From the IMG/VR virus record IMGVR_UViG_3300032018_000001, positions 1-64,000 of that record: DNA of 64,000 bases; one strand, written 5' to 3'. Under the pieces are notes generated by a model that was given only the letters and a program-made list of their open reading frames with translations, ran no database searches and was not told where the DNA came from. This document shows, one piece after another, positions 18,479 to 25,734 of the stretch. This stretch comes from a virus. The stretch's first letter is position 1; every line of letters starts with the position of its first letter. The position numbers and the translations under genes were made by a program.

Positions 18479-21400
18479 ATGGGAATAAGAAAACCAAAAA
18501 AACTGCCCGCGGAACCTAAACCTAAAAAGGAGAAGGTTCCCAAAGAGCCTAAGAAGCTGACCTGCCAAGAGTGTCCTAATTTTTCTTTCCACAAAGACAT
18601 TGATTACGGCGCAGACTACTACCGCGAGTCTTCTGTAGGCAAGGGTACTATTGCTTTCATCCTGTCTCCGATTGACTTCTACAATCTTGACAAGAGGCAG
18701 TGGAAGTATTCTCTGTACGCCGGGCTGATGGATTACAACGTGCTATTCCTTCCTTACCCTCAATGTGTGGAGAACGTGCTCCAGCCTGATAAGACTAAGG
18801 TTGCTATTCTGCGGGCGTGCAAGGACAATTTCATTCTCAAGTACCTGAAGGCCTATAGCATAGACCTGCTTGTGGTTTTCGATGATACAAAAATTCTGAT
18901 GGAGGTGGATGACGGCAAGGAGATAGACTTCTGCGGCAACTGGGAGACGTGGAATGATACGCAGGTGTATCTGGCAAAGGGTCTTTACAATCCTAACACC
19001 GGCGGATTCTGGTCTGAGAATTACCAGCACACCGTCCGAAAGATTCACAAGTTTTTCAATAAGGAATTAATCTGGCAGAAAAATCCTGATTTCAAAACGG
19101 TTACTACGATTGAGAAGCTGGAAGAGGTAATCAAGAAAATCAGCGAGCAGGACATGGTTGCGGTTGACGTTGAAACGTCCGGGCTGGATGTTCTGGCCAA
19201 GGATTTCAGACTGAAGACTATCGGCCTCTGCTGGGGCAAAGAAGCTGTCTGCATTGGTTATGAGGTGGAGGAGTGTCTTGACCTGAAGTACCAGTCCCGC
19301 GTGCGCGGGCTTATTGTCAGCCTGCTGGGTAACAAGGATATTGTCAAGGTCTGCCACAACCTCAAATTTGAAATGAAGGTTTTTATTCAGAAATTTTCTT
19401 TTCATGATTTTGATAATTGTGAAGACACCATGTTCCTGTCATACCTGTTCGATGAGAAGCGGGAATCTAATGGCTTGAAATATCTGGCCGGGGAGTATTG
19501 TGATGGATACGATAAGGTTGTCAAGGAGTTTGCGGACGCCCGGCTGGTTGACCTTTGGTTTTATAACTGCATGGATGCGTTCTTTACCTACTACCTCAGA
19601 GTAGTAGTATTTGACCTTGCATTGCTGGGTACGCTGAAGGATGGAATAAAATACGTTTACGAAAATGTCATGATTCCTGAGTGCTACGAGATAGCACGCA
19701 TGGAGCTGGACGGCGTGAACGTGGATTTTGATTATCTGGAAAAGCTCCGGGACGTTCTGAAGGATGAGGTTGAAGAGCTTAAAATAAAAATTGAGCATGA
19801 CTATCCTGATGTTAAGAAAGCCCGGCAGGAAAAAGAAGCTGCAGGAAAGGTACAGAAGACTTACATCTCGCCTAAGCAGCTGGCACACGTCCTATTTGAG
19901 GTTCTGAAGTATCCTACGATAAAGCCTACTAAGGGTAAGAATCCTACTCCCAGTGTGGACAAGGAAGTGCTGGTGACACTCAAAGAGCTGCACGGCTGTA
20001 AGCTGGCGGAGTTCCTGCTGGAGCTGCGTAAGAAAGAGAAGCAACTGTCTACCTATGTGATACCTTACCTTGAAGACCGGCCGAATATGTTTGAGGGTCG
20101 CGTGCGCTCCAGCTACTCTCAGGTGAAGAGCTATGACGCCGGGGAAGGACAGGCCAAGGGTACTGTCACCGGCCGTCTTTGTGTAGCAGGTAGTACGCTG
20201 CTTTATACAGACCGTGGAGTTTTTGAGATTAAAGATTTAATTGTGTCTAAACAAACAAAATATTATATTTTAACCCATACTGGGCGGTATCAAAAAATTA
20301 AAAATAAGTTCTATAAAGGCGAAGAGCTTATGTACCGTCTGACTTTGGATGATGGAAGATACTTGGATTGTACTTATCATCATCAGATTTTAACAAAGGA
20401 AGGGTGGGTTTATGCAGGAACAAGAAAGAAGGGTAATACCGTACTCTCCTACCTATATGACAGTGGAGAAGATAGAGAATATGCACGGAACCCGCGTGTT
20501 GACGGAAGATTCATTTCAGGAGATATTCATTTTACGGGGTTACAGTCGGACAGAATCAGTGAAGGTTTACGGGTCTTTGGGTTTAACAAATCACGTTGTA
20601 AACGATTCGCGTATTATTTATTCAGACAAATACGCAGAGCAGTTAAAGAAAATAAAACATTTGCATTATTCGCGGGCTCTGATGGGAAACACACACGGAA
20701 CAAAAGAGCGGCCGTCAATAGTAATACCGAAAGAGAAACTGGAGGATTTTATTGCGGTGGGGAAGACTACATGGAGAATTGCCACAGAGCTTGGGGTGAG
20801 CGATTTTATTGTGAGGAGCAACCTTACTTATCACGGCCTTCAGAACAGCACAGAGAACAAAAGGAATTTGACAGAATACGAAATGGGATTTTTGAAGAGA
20901 CTATCAGTATTCTCTCCGGATATTTTGGAAAGTGTGAAAAATTATTACGAAGACCCGGAGTGGTATTACAAAAGGCTGTATCGTTGTTTTTTGGAGACGT
21001 TGCAGATTCTCTGGTTTATTCAACGGCAGGGTCACAGCATCGAGTTTTTGAAGGAGCCGGGACGGGAGAAACGTGTGAGGATTCCGAAGAACGAAGTGTG
21101 TTGGTCTACAAACCGTTACGAAGCAATGCTGGCGATAGCACTACTGGATGCGAAGATTTCTCACTGCAGACAGTACATAATTTACGGGACGCACATGGTA
21201 GATTTCTTTTTTCCAAGTCAGAATCTTTGTGTGGAGGTGGACGGTGCTTACCACGAAACTCACGAGAGTACGAAAAAGAGCGACAAGGAAAAGGAACGCA
21301 TAATTCAGGAGAGGGGCTGGAAGCTGTTACGGCTTTCAACGGGGGAAGTGTTGAAGGATGTGGGGGTGTGCGTGCAGCGCATAAAGAAGCTACTATTGTT

Positions 21401-23698
21401 AGAATAGAAAAGTTGAAGAAGCAGGATGTGTGGGATATTGAGGTTGAAGCTGACCATACATACCTTGCTGGTGGTTTTGTAAACCACAATTCCAGTGCCG
21501 GGCCTAACCTGCAGAATATCAGCCGCGATAAAACAATCAAGAAAATATTTGTTCCTTCCGCGCCTAAGCGTGTATTCATTCAGTCTGACTTGTCTCAGGC
21601 AGAGCTCCGGATAGCAGCCTCTCTTGCTTTTGAGGAGAAGATGCTGAAGGTGTACAAGGAGGATGGAGACCTTCACACGCGCACCGGCCTGTTGATTGTG
21701 CCTAAGGTGCTATATGATAAGTTTGTGACCTCTGTGGGTAATCCTACTACGATTCAGCGCATGCTTGATATTGGAAAGCCTAACAAGGATGTGGGCGATA
21801 AAAAATTGCTGGGCGATATTCGCCAGAACGGAAAGCCCGGAAACTTTGGAATGATTTACGGCGGAACGTGGGCCGTGCTGCAGCGGATTGCAAAACAGAA
21901 TTACGGTCTTGACCTTACCAAGGAAGATGCAATGCACGCGCACGCGGCCTTCTTTGCTGAGTATAAGAATCTGGAAGCGTGGCATAATGAGACACACGCT
22001 TTCATTGCCAAGTACGGAATGTCTGTGTCTCCTATGGGCCGCGTGCGCCGGGTGCCTGAGGTATTTGTGTACCCGGTGGACTCAGAGCAGTATTCCGCGG
22101 CTCTGCGTGAAGCGCTCAATAGCATCGTACAAGGCATGTGCCTTCCGTCTAGTGAATATGTCTTTACACATAAGGGTTATTGTCAAATAGGCAGTCTTAT
22201 TAATAAGAAATTTAAAGTATGGGATGGAGAAAATTTTTCTAGGGCAAGAGTTGTAGACCGCGGAGAGTCCCGTATCGGAAGACTAAAATCCTACAGATGC
22301 CCAGAGTTAGAGTGTGATGATCGTCATGATGTTAAAGTTTTTGTTGGGAATGACCTTATTTGGAAAAGAGTAACTGATTTAGAGTTAGGCGATAAGGTGG
22401 CTGTTGCTTTACCAGAAGTAGCTGCCGGGGGTACTGGTTTTTATAAAAAATTCTACGGTAACGCTACAGGTTTTGGAGAGCGGGGTTTTGATTTTGTTTT
22501 TTCTACTTCTGATTTAGACACGGCTTATCTGTTGGGTTATTTTGTTGGTGATGGCTGTTTTGGTGTAGTACATGGTGCTAATACTCATTGGAAGGGGCGA
22601 TGGGGCACCGGGCGGCGACTTTCTTATTTCACAAATTTTGTTTTTAATTGCAAGGATAAAAGCAAATCGTTAAAGATAATTAGGCGTGCCCTAAAGAAGG
22701 CCTGTCCTAGTAGCTATAATCACAAATTAACGCTTAAAAGAAACAGGTTTGGCGGAAAATCCTGTTACTCGTTTTCAGCGCAGTACCACGCTTTGTACGA
22801 TATGCTTATCTGGCTTGGGTTTATTCCCAATTGTGGTGCTAAAAATAAGAGGATTGCACCTAAAATATTTAGCATGCCATTGGAATTTAGGAAGGCTTTT
22901 GTTAATGGCTTATTTGATTCTGACGGAACAAAGAGTAGCTATGTGTGTCCTGCATGGCATACTTCGTCTCCTGGTTTGGGAAAAGACATTTATCTGCTTT
23001 TACGCAGTCTTGGAATAATGTCAAACTTGTACGCTACTAAGGCTGGTAATTTTAAAGTAGATGTTATTTCTACCAGGGCGTTTGGGAAAGTAGTAGGCAG
23101 AGAGTTTAGTAGCAAGGAGACCGGTGAATTTGGAAAAACAATAATGCCACGTTATTGCGCTGCTGTGTTTTTGGACAAGATAAAAGGAACTTGCAATAAT
23201 CATCTTAGTTATTCTGAGCAAGTATTGATTAGTAGGGTTAGGCATGGCGGTTCTGTTTCTCTAGGAAAGGCTATTGACATATTGGATAAGTTGTTTGTGG
23301 ATAAAACAGGTTTATATATAGCAACTGAGTTTGAGTATTTTAAAATGACCAAACAGGTAGCGAAGGTTTATACCTTATCTGTTGATGATACTAAGCATCA
23401 ATATGACGCGGCCGGGTACTTGTCTAAGAATTGTGCGGACTTTCTGGGACAGGTCTGGGTTAGAGGCATGCGGGAAGTACGCAAAAGGAAACTTGACAAT
23501 GTTGTAAGGCTATCTGTCCATGATAGTATCGTGGGCGATTGTCTCAATAAAGATGTTGGTCTGGAAGTAGCGCACATCATGGGAGACGCTACTAAGTACT
23601 GGACAGAATTTCACTCTCAATACTGGCTGCAATGCCCTATGAAGATGGATAGTAGCATGGGCCCTCACTGGGGAGCACTAAAGGAGCTTGACGAATGA
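18479..23698 (+). CDS. Family A DNA polymerase with degenerate N-terminal UDG-like domain, 3'-5' exonuclease and two inteins
   Basis: VDVETSGL, HNLKFE, YNCMDA, TGRL|SS..PNLQN, DLSQAELR, R..GKPGNFGMIYG, SVHDS. Confidence 0.95.
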   Translation: MGIRKPKKLPAEPKPKKEKVPKEPKKLTCQECPNFSFHKDIDYGADYYRESSVGKGTIAFILSPIDFYNLDKRQWKYSLYAGLMDYNVLFLPYPQCVENVLQPDKTKVAILRACKDNFILKYLKAYSIDLLVVFDDTKILMEVDDGKEIDFCGNWETWNDTQVYLAKGLYNPNTGGFWSENYQHTVRKIHKFFNKELIWQKNPDFKTVTTIEKLEEVIKKISEQDMVAVDVETSGLDVLAKDFRLKTIGLCWGKEAVCIGYEVEECLDLKYQSRVRGLIVSLLGNKDIVKVCHNLKFEMKVFIQKFSFHDFDNCEDTMFLSYLFDEKRESNGLKYLAGEYCDGYDKVVKEFADARLVDLWFYNCMDAFFTYYLRVVVFDLALLGTLKDGIKYVYENVMIPECYEIARMELDGVNVDFDYLEKLRDVLKDEVEELKIKIEHDYPDVKKARQEKEAAGKVQKTYISPKQLAHVLFEVLKYPTIKPTKGKNPTPSVDKEVLVTLKELHGCKLAEFLLELRKKEKQLSTYVIPYLEDRPNMFEGRVRSSYSQVKSYDAGEGQAKGTVTGRLCVAGSTLLYTDRGVFEIKDLIVSKQTKYYILTHTGRYQKIKNKFYKGEELMYRLTLDDGRYLDCTYHHQILTKEGWVYAGTRKKGNTVLSYLYDSGEDREYARNPRVDGRFISGDIHFTGLQSDRISEGLRVFGFNKSRCKRFAYYLFRQIRRAVKENKTFALFAGSDGKHTRNKRAAVNSNTERETGGFYCGGEDYMENCHRAWGERFYCEEQPYLSRPSEQHREQKEFDRIRNGIFEETISILSGYFGKCEKLLRRPGVVLQKAVSLFFGDVADSLVYSTAGSQHRVFEGAGTGETCEDSEERSVLVYKPLRSNAGDSTTGCEDFSLQTVHNLRDAHGRFLFSKSESLCGGGRCLPRNSREYEKERQGKGTHNSGEGLEAVTAFNGGSVEGCGGVRAAHKEATIVRIEKLKKQDVWDIEVEADHTYLAGGFVNHNSSAGPNLQNISRDKTIKKIFVPSAPKRVFIQSDLSQAELRIAASLAFEEKMLKVYKEDGDLHTRTGLLIVPKVLYDKFVTSVGNPTTIQRMLDIGKPNKDVGDKKLLGDIRQNGKPGNFGMIYGGTWAVLQRIAKQNYGLDLTKEDAMHAHAAFFAEYKNLEAWHNETHAFIAKYGMSVSPMGRVRRVPEVFVYPVDSEQYSAALREALNSIVQGMCLPSSEYVFTHKGYCQIGSLINKKFKVWDGENFSRARVVDRGESRIGRLKSYRCPELECDDRHDVKVFVGNDLIWKRVTDLELGDKVAVALPEVAAGGTGFYKKFYGNATGFGERGFDFVFSTSDLDTAYLLGYFVGDGCFGVVHGANTHWKGRWGTGRRLSYFTNFVFNCKDKSKSLKIIRRALKKACPSSYNHKLTLKRNRFGGKSCYSFSAQYHALYDMLIWLGFIPNCGAKNKRIAPKIFSMPLEFRKAFVNGLFDSDGTKSSYVCPAWHTSSPGLGKDIYLLLRSLGIMSNLYATKAGNFKVDVISTRAFGKVVGREFSSKETGEFGKTIMPRYCAAVFLDKIKGTCNNHLSYSEQVLISRVRHGGSVSLGKAIDILDKLFVDKTGLYIATEFEYFKMTKQVAKVYTLSVDDTKHQYDAAGYLSKNCADFLGQVWVRGMREVRKRKLDNVVRLSVHDSIVGDCLNKDVGLEVAHIMGDATKYWTEFHSQYWLQCPMKMDSSMGPHWGALKELDE
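20180..21490 (+). mobile_element. Intein 1 of the DNA polymerase (437 aa), no in-frame homing endonuclease
   Basis: Starts CVAGSTLL after TGRL; block B CTYHHQIL; ends VWDIEVEADHTYLAGGFVNHN followed by Ser; removal restores TGRLSS.GPNLQN. Confidence 0.92.
20412..21407 (+). CDS. Nested +1-frame Vsr/DUF559-like endonuclease with HTH, overprinted inside intein 1 (true start may be 20457 or 20481)
   Basis: GKTTWRIATELGVSDFIVRSNL HTH; NRYEAML..RQYII..VDFFFP..LCVEVDGAYH..D..KE..GWKLLRL. Confidence 0.88.
   Translation: MQEQERRVIPYSPTYMTVEKIENMHGTRVLTEDSFQEIFILRGYSRTESVKVYGSLGLTNHVVNDSRIIYSDKYAEQLKKIKHLHYSRALMGNTHGTKERPSIVIPKEKLEDFIAVGKTTWRIATELGVSDFIVRSNLTYHGLQNSTENKRNLTEYEMGFLKRLSVFSPDILESVKNYYEDPEWYYKRLYRCFLETLQILWFIQRQGHSIEFLKEPGREKRVRIPKNEVCWSTNRYEAMLAIALLDAKISHCRQYIIYGTHMVDFFFPSQNLCVEVDGAYHETHESTKKSDKEKERIIQERGWKLLRLSTGEVLKDVGVCVQRIKKLLLLE
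22139..23431 (+). mobile_element. Intein 2 of the DNA polymerase (431 aa) with LAGLIDADG endonuclease
   Basis: Starts CLPSSEYV after NSIVQGM; YLLGYFVGDG and FVNGLFDSDG; ends YLSKN followed by Cys (CAD). Confidence 0.92.
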
Positions 23699-23845
23699 AA
23701 ACAAATTACATACTTGCTATGGATAAGAGTCACGCTGAGGCTTGCGTGGCTGGTTTTAATGTAGACCCGGTAAATCTACAGAATAAAAGTTTCAGCACAG
23801 GAAGTTAGGATTTAACCGTATTAATCTGGTAAGGAGAAAAACACA

Positions 23846-24340
23846 ATGGATGACTCACAAGTGATAGTAACGTATCCCAGTGCTAATGTTTTGAAGATTA
23901 CTACAATCATCGGCACGGAGAAGCGAGAGATTGACTTTCGTACAGAGCTCCGTATTAACACAGGTAATCTTGTTAAGGAGCTGTCTGAACAGCCCGGACA
24001 TTATGCTTGGTATTCGGCAATTCTAGCAGACCAAGAAGACCAAGCTCTGAGTAAGAAACGCGATATGGAAAGACGCCGCTCTGACCTTGCACTCCAGCTG
24101 AGGCAGGGTAAGCTTAAAATAAGTGATGCTTCCGGTGCTGCCATCAAGCTTACAGAGGGTGCTATACAGGATTACATTGAGAATGACAAGCTGATGAAAG
24201 CAATGCAGGATGAGCTTTTTACGCTGGAGTCGTACTGCAAGAAGTTCAAGATTCTGGTTGCCGCAAGCGTACAGCGTAAAGACATGTTGGTCAACCTAGG
24301 GTTGCTTGAACGTCAGGAAAGAAAACAATTTAATTCGTAG
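23846..24340 (+). CDS. UvsY-like recombination mediator (coiled coil)
   Basis: EL.IN..L..EL..QP..YAWY; LTEGAI; QRKDMLVNLG; located between polymerase and SSB. Confidence 0.6.
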   Translation: MDDSQVIVTYPSANVLKITTIIGTEKREIDFRTELRINTGNLVKELSEQPGHYAWYSAILADQEDQALSKKRDMERRRSDLALQLRQGKLKISDASGAAIKLTEGAIQDYIENDKLMKAMQDELFTLESYCKKFKILVAASVQRKDMLVNLGLLERQERKQFNS

Positions 24341-24400
24341 TGCCGAATTAGGCAATAGCCAAATAGGCAATCGCCAAAATAGGCAAAATAAAATAACTAA
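24341..24400 (+). repeat. Three tandem GCC-(A-rich)-TAGGCAA units plus an A-rich tract in the SSB leader
   Basis: gccgaattaggcaata / gccaaataggcaatc / gccaaaataggcaaaa. Confidence 0.7.
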
Positions 24401-24415
24401 ACAAAGGAGTTTGCT

Positions 24416-25609
24416 GTGGCAATGAATCAACAGAGAATGAAAGAAAACGAAGAAGCGGGGTTTAAACGCGAGCCTGAGGAAAATGAATTCATACCTGATG
24501 TGGGAAAGACGTATTTGATTCGTCCTCTCCCGCGGGACATGGATGAGTATGCGGACGTGAACGGCGCGGATGACTTTGCTTACATCTATCGTTTTCACTT
24601 CAGCTACACAAAGCTGGACGGAACGAAAATCTTCAACATCTCATGCCCGAAAACGTGGGGCCATGACAAGCCTTGCAGCATTTGCAAGGAAGGAAACGAG
24701 CTTTACCAGAGTCCTAACGAAGAGGATAAAAAGCTGTCTAAGAAATTTTATCGGCAGGAACGTGCCCTGCTGAATCTTATCGTCCTGGATGACGCCAATT
24801 CCGTAGCCAAGGGCGTTCAGTGGTACAGGGCTCCCATCGACAAAGTTTACGGAGAAATCCGCAAGCTGGTTATCAACCCGGCATGGACTGTGAACGGTAA
24901 AGACATCTTGGATTTGGTTTACGGCCGTAATTTCACATTGAAGGTGTTGTCGAAACATGAAAGTGGGACGGGATACACGGGCTATGAAGTGACGCCTGCT
25001 CCTAACAGTTTTGACATCACGCCTTACCTTGTGGGAGACTGGCGGGAACGTATTGCAAGCTTAGTAACCCACAAACCGCGGGCAACCAACGATGACATCA
25101 ATAAGCTCATTGCTGTAAGGGATAGGGCTGGCAGCGCTGCTGGCGCTCCCCCGGCTCCTCCTGCCCCTCCCGGCAGTGTAGGCGCTCCCCCGGCCCCTCC
25201 CGCTCCTCCTGCGCCCCCGGCTGGCCCTGCGGCTCCTCCCGCGCCTCCTGCGGCACCGGCAGCGGCTGCTTCAGGCCCTGCGGCCCCTCCTACACCCCCG
25301 GCAGCTCCTCCCGCGCCTCCTGCGGCCCCGGCTGCTGGCCCTGCGGCACCTCCGCCTCCTCAGCATGCGGATAACGCGGCAAGCAAGGAACAGGAGCTTA
25401 AAGCGCCTCCTGCTCCCCCGGCAGCACCGGCTGCAGGCCCTGCAGCTCCTCCTGCTCCTCCTGCGGCCCCGGCCGCTCCTGGTGCGGATACTGCTAAGCC
25501 CGCCTGTTTTGGCAAGAAGTACGCTCCCCGAACTCCGGAATGCGTAGCATGCAAGGCCAACACACCGGCGCTTCTGCAGGACTGCAGGAAGAAGTATTTG
25601 GACGCTTAA
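24416..25609 (+). CDS. gp32-like single-stranded DNA-binding protein with Pro/Ala linker and C-terminal Cys4 domain
   Basis: IRPLP, FH, CPKT..CSIC, DILD..GRNF; long PPAPPAAP tract; upstream of recA. Confidence 0.8.
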   Translation: MAMNQQRMKENEEAGFKREPEENEFIPDVGKTYLIRPLPRDMDEYADVNGADDFAYIYRFHFSYTKLDGTKIFNISCPKTWGHDKPCSICKEGNELYQSPNEEDKKLSKKFYRQERALLNLIVLDDANSVAKGVQWYRAPIDKVYGEIRKLVINPAWTVNGKDILDLVYGRNFTLKVLSKHESGTGYTGYEVTPAPNSFDITPYLVGDWRERIASLVTHKPRATNDDINKLIAVRDRAGSAAGAPPAPPAPPGSVGAPPAPPAPPAPPAGPAAPPAPPAAPAAAASGPAAPPTPPAAPPAPPAAPAAGPAAPPPPQHADNAASKEQELKAPPAPPAAPAAGPAAPPAPPAAPAAPGADTAKPACFGKKYAPRTPECVACKANTPALLQDCRKKYLDA

Positions 25610-25612
25610 TTA

Positions 25613-25712
25613 GGTTGCGGGTCAGGCGGCATGGGAGTCTGAGTTACTATGAGTAGGACGCTACTATTAGTTAGGACTTGGAGTGATACCGCTACCTGAC
25701 CCGCGGCTTTTT
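25613..25712 (+). terminator. Long (~95-nt) irregular hairpin with 3' T-tract between ssb and recA; terminator, attenuator or small RNA
   Basis: GCGGGTCAGG/CCTGACCCGC outer stem; AGTAG-GACG-CTACT apex; TTTTT after. Confidence 0.55.
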
Positions 25713-25734
25713 CAGACTATTACAAGGAGAAAAA

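Noticed and set aside
25130-25490. GC-rich repeats in ssb as an origin or DNA-level repeat element
   Set aside because: Explained by Pro/Ala linker coding with varied third positions
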